DNA of 47,362 nt, the filler included, from Dirinaria sp. TL-2023a (Eukaryota), in assembly GCA_051941275.1 (NCBI GenBank). It is 2 parts of 2 records of this genome, joined end to end, with 100 filler letters (N's around TTAATTAATTAA, not from the genome) between each part and the next. Parts side by side here need not be neighbours in the genome. Positions count along the whole stretch, not along the records: positions 23,743 to 47,362 come from JAVEBF010000202.1; 1 more part is not named here. One strand, given 5' to 3'. The notes under the pieces were generated by a model. It was given only the letters and a program-made list of their open reading frames with translations, did not search any database and was not told the origin of the DNA. A program made the translations under genes and the position numbers. Numbering within the stretch: position 1 is the stretch's first letter; each line of letters opens with the position of its first letter. Below are positions 23,743 to 35,283 of this stretch, piece by piece.

Positions 23743-24453
23743 GAACACACACGATCCTTTGAAATCGATTAAAGAACAGGATGACGATACCATCGCAGTT
23801 GCCGAGCTTCAACAATGGGCAAGTAGGAAGCTCACGGAAGCGCAGTATGCACAAGTTGCAGTAGGTTCAGTGTTCTTCTGACTCGCTTTCAACGAGCGGA
23901 CTTAATCCTGTTGTTTAATGCTTTCTTATACTATATATCTGACTTTACGATGGCCTTAGGGTGCCGTCCTTTTCGCCTCCACAATTGCATCATTGTCATG
24001 GCCGTCCTTGGATGGTGTTCATTGGTCAGGTCCCGCGTTGTGGTATGGTGCAATCATTTTCTCGCTAAATGCCGTTATTCTTGGTGCTCAGCAGGCAATG
24101 ATCATCTCTGACTTTGGCGATGGTAAAAAGCAAGCATCTGAAAGGTTCAACAAAAGGAGCAAAATCAGGGAGGGAAACATACTTTTTGTATGGCAATCGC
24201 CAATCATGAACTTGGCCCATTCAGTTATTTTTTTCCTTGTTGGCTTGATCTCGGTCGTGGTCAGTCCGTTCGCAAAAAATATAGGCTGGAATGACGAAGC
24301 AAAGGTGAGTCGGATCTCTTGATGTGCTTAAAACCTTGAGCTTGTGCAGCTGATGATTACTAGACCGTGGTTGTATTTCTTGTGGCCGTTGCATTCTCTG
24401 GATTCACTCTATTTTGGGCATCCTCTAGCATGTACTTAATGGCAGGCGTCTAA
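23743..24453 (+). CDS. Hypothetical multi-pass membrane protein, 5'-truncated by the gap
   Basis: Exons <23743-23860, 23960-24304 and 24364-24453 splice in frame: ELQQWASRKLTEAQYAQVA-GAVLFASTIASLSW..HWSGPALWYGAIIFSL..FVWQSPIMNL..WNDEAK-TVVVFLVAV. Confidence 0.7.
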
Positions 24454-24592
24454 AGGTCAATGCTTAAAAGTTAAGAACAGTGCCGCGGACGTCCAAAAAC
24501 TTATTTACCTCAATCTCTCAAGTACCTAATCTTGCCGCTACGCTGTAAAAATACAACAATTAAAATGAAGCGCAAGAAAGTAAGAAGTGGCT

Positions 24593-24720
24593 GAGGGGGA
24601 GCACGAGCGAGCAGTGAGGGAGCACAAGGGAGCACGAGGGAGCAGCGAGGGAGCATTGGGGGACCACAAGGGAGCATGGGAGAGCATGAGGGAGCACCGA
24701 GGGAGCATCGAGGGAGCACA
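24593..24720 (+). repeat. Degenerate minisatellite with a GGGAGCA core, 10-11 bp unit, about 12 copies
   Basis: gagggagcacaagggagcacgagggagcagcgagggagcatt...gagggagcaccgagggagcatcgagggagcaca. Confidence 0.85.
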
Positions 24721-24805
24721 TGGACGAAATGGGCCTTAGCGCGGGAGCAAAGTGGCGAGCTTTAGGTTAGCAAAGGTCACGTATTGTATTGTTTCAAAGG
24801 TTACT

Positions 24806-24842
24806 ATATATATATATATATATACATATAGATATAGATATA
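24806..24842. repeat. (TA)n microsatellite followed by TATAGA units
   Basis: tatatatatatatatatatacatatagatatagatata. Confidence 0.85.
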
Positions 24843-25469
24843 GCAAGATCCAAAAGCCAACCCACTTCAGACCTTTTGCATTGTAGGCACCATCATAACA
24901 TTCGAGTGACTCACAGCATTGCGAGATGACTTGGGGGGAGGACACGTAGAAGTTGAGGAGATTATCAGTGACGCCTGGGGGGGACACGGGGGGTTGTACA
25001 TGCGCATGTGTCAAGTCAGGCGACTCAACCGACGAAACAGGCGACAGTAGTACCTACAGTATGATATGATACAGTAGTAACCTAGTAGGTACATTAATTG
25101 TGGGATTATGTGGATGGAAAATCCCCCGAAAGCGACTTCGCTTGTTCGCTTAGCTCATCCATAAGTTCCATAACCGCACCGGGCGGCCAATCAGCGGCCC
25201 GGGGTGAAAGGACAAGTTGCTCAAACCTCTTTGGAGACCATTTGCATAAAAAGGACACATCGCTTCACGAGTCCTCGAATACACCTCAAATACGTCTCAC
25301 ACGCCGCACACCGAGACACAACGGAACTCACTACTACTTTTAACCAAAATAATCTCTTCTGCGAAAACTTCCCCGCCTGTTTAGGCCTCGCACTCTTTTG
25401 ATCTTTTTTCCCTTTAGCACCTCCCTACCGCATTGCTCCCTGTTCTGCCACTCACATTATATTAAAGAG

Positions 25470-27835
25470 ATGGTTGGACGGTCGAAAGGGGTCTCGTCCC
25501 CCTTCGCATGGACGACTTTGTTCTATCTCCTCTTCGTCTTCATCGCCCCCCTCGCCCTCCTCCAACCCGCACACGCACAAGATGAACAGGCACCCCTGAA
25601 AGAAGATTTGGGAACAGGTACGTTTGCCCCAGACGAACCTGAAAGGTTTTGCAGTGGCATGTATCCTCACGAGAAATCTGAACCAGTCATCGGCATCGAC
25701 CTGGGTACCACATACTCGTATGTTCTCCAAGAATGTCTCGAACGTTCCCCTACTGACTCCGATAGTTGCGTCGGTGTGATGCAAAATGGAAAAGTCGAAA
25801 TCCTTGTCAACGACCAGGGCAACCGGATAACGCCGTCATATGTGGCCTTCAACGACGAAGAGCGATTGGTGGGAGACGCAGCCAAGAACCAATACGCAGC
25901 GAATCCGAAGCGGACAATCTACGACGTCAAGTAAGTCCTCCTGATCGCAGCGCGTCATACTCACGGATGTGTGGCTGATGGAGGCTTGCTAGGCGACTCA
26001 TTGGTCGAAAATGGGCAGACAAGGATGTTCAAGCTGATCTCAAGCACTTCCCGTTCCGTGTTACGAACAGCAATGACAAGCCCGCGGTAACCGTTGAGGT
26101 GAACGGCAAGGACCGATCTTTCACCCCTGAGGAGGTTTCGGCCATGGTCCTTGGCAAAATGAAAGAGATCGCGGAAAGCTACTTGGGAAAGAAGGTCGAC
26201 AACGCCGTGGTCACGGTACCGGCATACTTCAATGACAACCAGAGACAAGCTACAAAGGACGCCGGTGTAATCGCCGGTCTGAACGTTCTCCGTGTTGTCA
26301 ACGAGCCCACCGCGGCCGCTATCGCCTACGGTCTGGACAAGACTGGTGACGAACGTCAAATCATTGTCTACGATTTGGGTGGAGGAACCTTCGATGTGTC
26401 TCTCTTGACAATTGACAACGGCGTTTTCGAGGTCTTGGCTACCGCAGGAGATACTCATCTTGGAGGCGAAGACTTCGACCAGCGCATTATCAGCTACCTG
26501 GCGAAGCAGTACAACAAGAAGAACAATGTTGATATTACCAAGGACTTGAAGACGATGGGTAAATTGAAGCGTGAGGTCGAAAAAGCCAAGCGTACACTGT
26601 CGTCACAAATGTCGACACGCATTGAGATCGAGTCATTTTACCAGGGCAATGACTTTTCTGAGACCCTGACCCGAGCTAAATTTGAGGAGTTGAACATGGA
26701 CCTCTTCAAAAAGACTCTCAAGCCGGTTGAGCAGGTGCTCAAGGACGCAAAAGTCAAGAAAAATGAAATCAACGATATCGTCTTGGTCGGTGGCTCTACA
26801 CGTATCCCCAAGGTTCAATCGCTGTTGGAAGACTTCTTCGGTGGCAAGAAAGCGAGCAAGAACATCAATCCCGATGAAGCAGTCGCATTTGGCGCCGCTG
26901 TTCAGGGTGGTGTTTTGTCCGGAGCTGAGGGTACAACCGAAGTTATTCTCATGGATGTCAACCCATTAACTCTCGGTATCGAGACTACCGGTGGTGTTAT
27001 GACCAAGTTGATTCCCCGCGGCACCAGCATCCCCACAAGGAAGAGCCAAATTTTCTCTACGGCAGCTGATAATCAGCCGGTCGTCCTGATCCAAGTTTGT
27101 AAGTGAACCACCGCATGTGATTGGGAAGCTAGATGCTAATACAAGCGCAGTCGAGGGTGAACGTTCCATGACCAAGGACAACAATCTTCTCGGCAAGTTC
27201 GACCTCACAGGTATCCCTCCGGCTCCTCGTGGCGTCCCTCAAATCGAAGTGTCATTCGAACTCGACGCCAACGGTATTTTGAAGGTCACGGCCGGCGATA
27301 AAGGCACCGGGAAAGCCGAGACCATCACCATCACCAATGACAAGGGCCGACTTTCTCAAGAAGAAATCGATCGCATGATCGCCGAGGCTCAAGAGTTCGC
27401 GGAAGAAGACAAGGCCAACTCGGAGCGGATAACCGCCCGGAACGGTCTTGAGAACTACGCATTCAGCCTGAAGAACCAGGCCAACGACGAAGAAGGTCTT
27501 GGTGGCAAGATCGATGATGATGACAAGGAAACTGTAAGTAACAGTCTTCCTACTTTCTTCGTTGCAAAAAAAAAATTGACTGGGGGCCCCTAAAAAAAAC
27601 AAACGCTAACCACTTTGACCCACAACAGCTCCTGGAAGCCGTCAAAGAAGCCACCGACTGGCTGGACGAGAACGCCGCGACGGCCACGACCGAGGATTTC
27701 GAGGAGCAGAAGGAGAAACTGAGTAACGTCGCCTACCCCATCACCAGCAAGCTGTACAGCGGCGGTGGTGGAGCCGGAGGCGCGCCGCCGACGGAGGGTG
27801 ACGATGATGAGCCATCTGGACATGACGAACTATAG
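25470..27835 (+). CDS. KAR2: ER Hsp70 chaperone BiP/Kar2, 6 exons
   Basis: Signal peptide, [38 protein letters not shown] and [12 protein letters not shown], ending in HDEL-TAG. Introns at about 25618-25686, 25718-25766, 25931-25992, 27099-27150 and 27534-27629. Confidence 0.98.
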
Positions 27836-28464
27836 AGAGAAGTAAAGTAGGGAATCGTGTGGATGTAAAAAAAACCAAACCCAAAAAAAGAAAAAATGAA
27901 ATTAAAAAGAAGATACCTTGATAGAAAGCAAGATTGATTCATTTATTATTGATAAACGGCAATAAAAATCCGGATATGTACCTTACCTTATTTTACCTTT
28001 ACCTTACTTTGAGTCTGGCTGTGGCGCAAAGAAATCTGTAATATTATATTATATTACTTTATTTTACTTTAATCTTTTTTTTGTGGGCAGCTGACCGATT
28101 AAGAAATTTTGTCGTATGAGTATGGGTGTAGGTAAGGTAATGTGCCTCTCTGTTCGATCTACGGAAAATTTTGAAGAGCTTGAGTTTTCCGAAGGTACGG
28201 TAGCTAGCTGATATAGCCAGCGGACTTGACTAATTGATTTTTTTTTTCTTGTGTTAAGGTAGAGTAAACTGCTTTCAAAGCCCTGGTCTAGCAATAACCA
28301 TAGGAAAGCCGTTTGAATTTAAAAAAAAAAAAGAAAAACAAAACCTACGAGTACCTAAGCTCGTTCCAGAAGTGTTCCATGGCGTTTTCCTCCACCTTGC
28401 CAGCAGCGTCGGGGATTGCTTTCAGCAATGGAAATGCCTACTGTTGTACTTGCTGAGAGGGATT

Positions 28465-29634
28465 TCAGACCCCGGCCTCCACGGGCGAGACATTGAGATC
28501 CCAGTCGATCACGCCTTCCTCGCCGTACCGCTGCGTCAACCAGTCGTTCGTCTTTTTGAAGTGGCCGCAGTCGAACTGGGAACAGGGGGAAGTTAGTAAA
28601 AACCGCGGCACACACTTTTCGGGGAAGGGGGAAAACCACTCACAAACCCCCTGGCCGCACTCAACGGGCTCGGATGCACGGCCGTCAAAATGCAATGCCG
28701 GACTCTATCCACCTTCTTCACCCGGCCCTCGGCCGGTTTGCCCCAGGCCAGGAACACGACCCCGCGCGTGCGACACCGCGCCACGACATCGATCACCTTC
28801 TGCGTGAACTTCTCCCACCCTTTGCCCGCGTGGCTGTTGGCCTCGTGGGCGCGCACCGTCAGGCACGTGTTCAGGAGCAGGACGCCGCGGTCGGCCCACG
28901 GGGTCAGCAGCCCCCCGTTCTTCGGCGGCGGGGAGAATGTCGGGTAGTCCTTTTTCAGCGCGATGTACATGTTTTTCAGAGAAGGTGGGGCGGGCGTGGG
29001 AGGGCGGACGGAGAAGCAGAGCCCGTGCGCTTGGTTGATGTTGTGGTACGGGTCTTGGCCTAGGATCACGGCTTTCACGGTGTGCAGCGGGGTGTGTCGG
29101 GACCTGAGAGACTTTGTTAATTCAGGGGTTGTAAGGGAAGGGAGAGGAAGGGAGGGATGCTGGTATGTACCAGGAGTAAACGTCCTCAGCTGGGGGGAAG
29201 ATGGTTTTGCCCGCTTCTCGTTCTCGCTTGAGGAAGCGCTTTAGGTCGAGGAATTCTTTGCTCAGGATCTCTTCTTTGAGCTGCGCGAGCCAGCTATCGT
29301 GCATGCTGTGAATCTCGAGCGCGAGTAAATCCTTTTGCTCCGGAGTCAGTTTCTCGATCCAGGCTTGCTTGTCGAATTTCGGCGTTGCGGTAGAGGCTCC
29401 AAGCGAGGAAAAGGTGCTGACGGTCGTGATGTTTGATGGAGGTTGTGCTTCGCTGGAGCTGGAGGGCGGAGACGATTTGGGGTCGTCATCTTTGGCATCG
29501 GATTTGGTGGATAGGGGAGATGAGCTGGGAGGTTTGGGAGCAGCGAAGAAAGACGTTAGGCTTGCTTGCGCTTTGGGCTTTTTGGAGGTCGAGGTGGCGA
29601 TGTCGGCCGCTTTACGCTTCAATGGGGTAGCCAT
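28465..29634 (-). CDS. UNG1: Uracil-DNA glycosylase (family 1), 3 exons
   Basis: PIP-like QASLTSFF, VILGQDPYH, AHGLCFSV, GVLLLNTCLTVRAH and HPSPLSA. Introns at 29170-29104 and 28643-28576. Confidence 0.97.
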
Positions 29635-29973
29635 GTTTGCAGCTACAGATTTCACAGGAGGTACTGGGTACTGTAATCGCACTGAGAAGAGATATCGAAG
29701 AGGAGCCTCGAACACTTCATATGGACAAGGTGAGGAGCTCTTTAGCGCGTACTCAGTAAAGTGACGCGACTGATGCCTAGCCTCGGATGCGGCCCGATAA
29801 GGCCGATACAGCTTGCGCTAGCCTTTCACCCCTTCCTCACTGTGCAAGGAATTCAGTGGACCGGGAAATTGATAATGTCAAGGTTCAGTAAGTGGTCAGC
29901 TCATATTCCTGCTTTCATTCGTCAAAGGTACGTCCGAAGGTCAAAGCAGCCGTGTCGCGAATATCGCGAAGGT

Positions 29974-31141
29974 TTATTTTTTGACCGCCTTCTCCTGAAG
30001 CTCTCGCATAGCGGCTCGTGCACTACGACTCCCTCCCAGCTTCGGACCCCTAGGCTTGTGGTCCGCAGCGCCAGCACCAGCCTTCTTAGGATGAGCCATT
30101 CTCTTCCGGCGCTCAGATATCGCGTCCAGGAAGTCCCTACGGAATTGCTCAGCCATACGATCATCGGCTGCTTGATCATCATTTGGTAGCTGTGTCTCCG
30201 GCTCGTCGTAGATTTCAACTGTGTTCGATATGAGCTTCTGATCATTCACGAGATCCAAATGCACCTTACGTTTGTTTTCTCGGAGTACCTCCTCCACCAG
30301 CTTGTCTCGTTGGATATCCCCGCTATTCCGCCTACGCCGCGGTCGACGGGGCTTTCCGTCTTTGCCAAGCCGTACTTTGCCCGGGACTTCCTCTGGCTCT
30401 GGATGCCCGCCTTGTAGCCTTCTCTGAGCGGCTTCTGTTCTCGAAATGTTCAGCGAGGTCGCATCCGGGCCGAGGTCAACTTCATGTAGCCTCCCAAGCG
30501 ATGCGGGCTGTCTTCGTACAGCAGCGTCAATCATGCTGCCCGCAGGATGTCCCGTCATACTGTTCGACATGTCCGGCAACACATTATGCATTTGACGTCG
30601 TTTAGCCATTTCGGAATCTACATATGCCATCCTTAACATGTTAGTATTTGCATCTGGACGGTGACATTGAAGATTAAGTTATGGCGTACATGTGTTGGTC
30701 AACATCCGCTACCTGCCCGGTCTGAGGCGCAAAGCGGTCCACCACCGTCATGATTCTTTCAGCAGCGCCATCATCCCCGAGGAGCGGGTTCTGTATTCGC
30801 GGTTCCGGAGGTCCATCTCTGGCGGCATTACCAGTATTAGTGAATTCTATCCCACCTCTCCTTCGCCGTAGAACCTTGCGTTGGCGAAGGATTCCCGTGA
30901 CAGATGATGGCTCCTCTGATTCTTCTTCTGCCATAGTATCTGCGCTGCCGAAGGTTTGTGGTATCATGTCGTCGACGGGGAGGGGTTCTGCAGGGCTACC
31001 GTTGGGAGATTCGATAGCAGTCGCTTCGTTATTATTATTGGCTTCATCCTCGGCGTTGGCACGTTTGCGATAGAACCTTCGCCTCTTCAAAGGTCTTGAG
31101 CTGGATTCCGCATCAACTGTATCGCTCTGGATGAATTCCAT
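29974..31141 (-). CDS. Probable C9orf78/Tls1 (HCA59-family) splicing-associated protein
   Basis: RRRRGGIEF, DRFAPQTGQVADVDQHM-MAYVDSEM (intron 30689-30632), LGRLHEVDLG, AADDRMAEQFRRDF and GPKLGGSRSARAAM. A second short intron is likely near 30270-30220. Alternative start at 31210. Confidence 0.65.
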
Positions 31142-31657
31142 TTCTTCGAGTTTGTATGTAAATTCAAGGTAGAGATTACCTAAGGTAGGTAGGTGACTCG
31201 GAGCTGGCATGAGTGGCTCGATGTGGCTCGATGTGGCTCAAGAGTCTGGGAGCTACTAAGGCTACTCCGTTAGTAGAATAGCGTGACTAGTGTCTTGTTT
31301 GAGCCACTTTCGCCACTCCGACCCCTGCCGATCATGATTAATTGATGAGGCAAGCGAAGAAATATGAGACACACTTTCATCTGTTTCCCGCAGACGGACT
31401 GAGGGAGTACGGAAAATGTTGCAGTGAGCTGTCTGGAACAGCCTTGTACTCGTTCCGATAACTCGATTCGTCAATCCCCTGCTTGCCCCTTTGCATTTGA
31501 TACTTCTGTAGTTCATTGTTCTACGAGCCAAAGTCTTCTGAAAGCCGTTCAAACTTGAGCTTATGAAAGACCCCATTGTCCTCCCCGACCTCCTAACTGC
31601 AACTTCGCCCATCTAATAACTTTCAACCTCTCTCTGCGCCTCTCATTTCACCTGCTC

Positions 31658-32624
31658 ATGACTATGTCGAAACTTCTACCACGCCAGGGAGCCGCTCAGA
31701 CTGGCGCACATAATGTTCAACAGACCTTTTCCAGCTGGGATAATTGCATGTCAAAGGCCTACTGCAAGTTTGTATCTCCAGCCCCTTGGCAGCGCAAAAC
31801 TCACTAAGCCTGCGACTAGATGGCCTGCTATCATTGGCATCATCATAGCTTCAGTCGTCGTAATCAGTATCCTCGTCTGCTGCGCCCGCTGCCTCTGTTG
31901 CGGTTTATCCTGCTGCTGCGACTGCTTCGGCTGCTTCCGTGGTCGAGGTCGCAAACGCACAAAATACGCCGATGCACCGTCTGCCTTTCATCCAGCCCCC
32001 TATCAGGGTTATCAACCGGCGAATAACCCACACGGGTATCAGCCACCGCAATATGCTCAGTTCGATGTCAGTCGGCCTGGCAATGCGCCGGGTGGGAAGA
32101 TCCACGAAGACTCGCTGCCCGCAATGCCCAGCTGGGAAACCGCCTCCAACCGGAAGGTCTTAGATGAGAGCTATGACAACGATGTGGAAATGGGAAAGCT
32201 AGATCCTCAAAAAGAGCCCATGATGGCTCATCAAGCTCCAGCGCCTACAGCAGATTATGCGGAGCTAGGATCCCACCGGGACGATCTCCAGTATCAGCAG
32301 CATGACACTGCGTCAGCAGGCGACCTTGGGAACCCATACGGCCACAACTCGCCCACTTATGGGGGTGCCTACGGCCATAGCAGTCCCGCAGCCGCTGGAC
32401 AATATTATTCCCCGGACGATATCGGAAGACATCCCGCTCCGCCGGCTCAACAATCTCATTCAGCTTACGCACCATCTGAAAGTACACGGTACGAGCCATC
32501 GTCTGTGTATGGAGCACAGGAGTTGGGCACGGCATATCACCCGCAATCGCACTATCAGGATCAGACACCCGGCGCCCTGCAGGCGGGACGGAAGCCGGTT
32601 GCGAATACTTGGAAGGACGTATGA
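31658..32624 (+). CDS. Single-pass membrane protein with a juxtamembrane Cys cluster and a Pro/Tyr/Gln-rich tail (fungal 'fibroin-3 related' type)
   Basis: Exon 31658-31767 (TFSSWDNCMSKAYCK) splices via intron 31768-31819 to WPAIIGIIIASVVVISILVCCARCLCCGLSCCCDC..EDSLPAMPSW. Confidence 0.75.
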
Positions 32625-33085
32625 ATGAACCAACGGTTGAAGATACCGTGGTAGCTTTTCTTGCATATGCTAGGGTATGGGGTATGTTACTATTTAATGA
32701 TACGTGGTGTTGGGCGAAGTGGCCCATCTTGGGACAAAGCGGGATTTGAATATTTGTGAAATTTTGGAGCACCCGAGGAACGGTTAAATGACCGAGACCT
32801 CATTCGGACTCGATCATGCGATTTGGATGCTTTGCATTGCTTCTTTATGAGGTTAAAATATATACCACTATCCATTTTTTGCAATAGTATCAAGCGCCTT
32901 CCTAGATCAATAATGAACTAATTGAAGTCCATTTACGCTCACCCGTGTTTCTGCGTCCCATCCCAAGATCACCTTAGAGATGCATAGATAATGTCAACAC
33001 ACGGGTATCAAAACGCGCCTTTCCTCGAATCCAAGCTACAGCGTACGCACGCTTTCCTCCCAGTGCGGCCCCCCCAAACAAACTC

Positions 33086-34981
33086 TCACTCCTCCAGTGA
33101 GAAATCATGTTTCTTGAACGCCGCCTTGAAGGTGTCCGCATCCTTCACCTCCTCGGCCTCGGTCTGCGCACAATCCCTCCAAAACGTGCGCTTCTCCAGT
33201 CCCAAAAGCTTGGCAATGACCCTCCTCCCAAACTGCAAGTCAAACCGCAGCTGAGACGGCAAGGGCATGAAAAGCGAGATCTCCTTGCCTCGCGTCTCAC
33301 CGATCTCATCTTCGCTGGAAGCATGGGCGCCGTTTGCTGCGTCGGCGCCACTACCATCACCGCCCTCCTCCGGCCGCCAGATCCAGACCCGGAAGTAGTC
33401 CGTTTTCTCCGCCGTGCCGCTGCCGATCTCTTTGGTTTTGAAGGTCGGATATTTCTCGTTTTCGGCTTCGACGCGGAAGGCGGCTTCCACGAGGCCTTTC
33501 TGGATCAGGTCTGCGGGGACGGGCATGAATTGCCAATGGATGTGGACGCCTTCGGCCCGGCTGATCTCGAAGGTGACGGCGCCGAGGGTGGCCTTGCATT
33601 TGTCTATCAGCAGGCTGTGGAGGGAACGGCGGTAGCGTTGCATCTCTTTGTAGGTGGAGGCTCCGGTTTTTGGCTCCGCGATGGCGCCAAAGGTGGGGGA
33701 ATGTTCTAGTGGGATGATCAGTATGTGTGCCGGACAGCCCAGGTTCGGAAACGTTGACGAGGTCGGAAGAGGCCCTTTGGCGATCGTCAGGTAGACGTCT
33801 GTTCCGATGGAGGTGATGAGGTGGGTTGCAAGGTTGGGGTTCGAAAGACAGAAGAAGCATTCTTGAGGCGTAGGCGGCGGTCGAAAGCCCCGAGTCCGCT
33901 TTTTGTTCGGCCGATAATTGTCGCCGCCGTTCGCGAAGCGCGAATATGTCTGGCTCTGACCCTCGTCGCGCTGGCGCTTTTTGGCGTTGGGCGAGTATGA
34001 CGTGAATGGAGAAGCTGTGGTTCCAAGGGTGATGATGGTTGGTGGCGCCGCGTTGGGGTCGATGGTGAAAGCATACATCCATTTCTGTTTCGAAGGATTC
34101 CCGAAGGGCGCGACACTGATGAAGCGAGTGACAGCAGCTGGGTCCGGCTGTCCGTCCTCTGTCAAGTGAAAAAATGGTTCACGCTCGTAAAAGAGCCCGT
34201 CGGATAGACTGAAGTGATAACGGGGTTTGAGCTCCGAGCAGAGATTAGCTACATATTGCTCGGTCTGCGGAGTCTGCGCGTTGTCCGGCAGAACGACTTT
34301 TGAGCCGGACCGAATCAGCGTAGGCCAATGGCTGGTGATGAGGATATCTGCCCTCTTGGTGTCATGGAGGGCTTTGGCGTCATCCTCAGTGTGAAAAGGA
34401 AGGTATTTGTCTTTTGATAATCCGGCCTGGATCGCTGGATCTAGCTGGCCACCAAGGGCTATTAATTGCAAGCCTTCCGAAGTCTTATACGAAGACCGCT
34501 TGCCAAGAAAGTAAAGATTGGGACAGACTTCGTTTTCTGAGCTCTCTAGCTTCTCCACAATCTTCGAGGGTAAAGTATGTTTGCCGATGGTGAAGTAGGT
34601 AGGGAAGCCAACGGTGATGTGACCTTGAATCAATTTGTCGACATTCTCCTCATCTTCTGGAGTTGAAATCGAAGGATCAGCAAAAAGGTCACCTAGAATT
34701 ATCGCCAAAGAGAAAGCATTCGTCGAGTGAAGCTTCGAAAGTTTCCCGAAAACGGGTATAAAGCGTCCTTCGAGTGCGCCCGTCACAATACTACAAAATG
34801 CTCAGTTCAATTTTTTGAAGTCTTCTACATAATTCAAATAATAACGTAGTTTGTTTCATTCCAGCATCCACCATGAGGGCAATTAGAGGATAGAAAGCTG
34901 CGACTCAAAATTGGAAGATCGAATCACATGCTTATTATGTGATACAAAGACGAAATAGTGAGCTTACATTTTTAACCCCAT
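33086..34981 (-). CDS. CwfJ-domain protein (CWF19L1/Drn1-like)
   Basis: Micro-exon 34981-34968, intron 34967-34791, then a metallophosphatase-like N-terminus (DILITSHWP, KPRYHF, FYEREPF) and a CwfJ region (CFFCLSNP, AKGPL, HILIIPLEH, HIHWQFMPVP, FDLQFGRRV). Confidence 0.9.
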
Positions 34982-35198
34982 CACAAGGATCTTTAACGCA
35001 TAACCCTGCTCGGAGCATTCGACTGAATTTGTGTCGGTTCAGGTGATGATGAGATGAAATTACCTTGAAAGTGAGCAGAAATGTGCTTTAATGTGATTAG
35101 TTTTTTGGCGCAATGATATTCAAGATCTGTAGAAAGTACTGTAGGTATCAGGAATTTGATATGATATTGAGCGCTAGTGGTTGAAAGATCGGTTAAAC

Positions 35199-35221
35199 GC
35201 GCTAGCCGCGTCGCTTAGCGC
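35199..35221. promoter_or_regulatory. Bipartite GCGCTAG-N5-TCGCTTAGCGC element in the CwfJ/UTP20 divergent promoter
   Basis: Matches 1956-1978 at all 18 arm positions. An extra GCGCTAG half-site lies at 35171-35177. Confidence 0.55.
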
Positions 35222-35283
35222 AACCTTAATTGAAAACTCGGTATTGCAGGGTTTGAAATTCTCGGTTGCACACCTGAGATTGC

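Noticed and set aside
24593..24720. CRISPR-like repeat-spacer array
   Set aside because: Eukaryotic context, 7-bp core with 3-4 nt linkers, and no cas genes.
27821..27835. Genome-wide reassignment of TAG to a sense codon as the explanation for internal TAGs
   Set aside because: KAR2 ends HDEL-TAG, and RAD9 and ZIM17 also end on TAG at expected positions, so TAG is a working stop.
31213..31240. GTGGCTCGAT x3 short tandem repeat
   Set aside because: Ordinary slippage repeat with nothing further to support a function.
1..34981. Functional cluster of splicing genes (AAR2, C9orf78/Tls1-like, CwfJ)
   Set aside because: The genes are interspersed with unrelated ones and split by an artificial contig join, consistent with ordinary housekeeping gene density.
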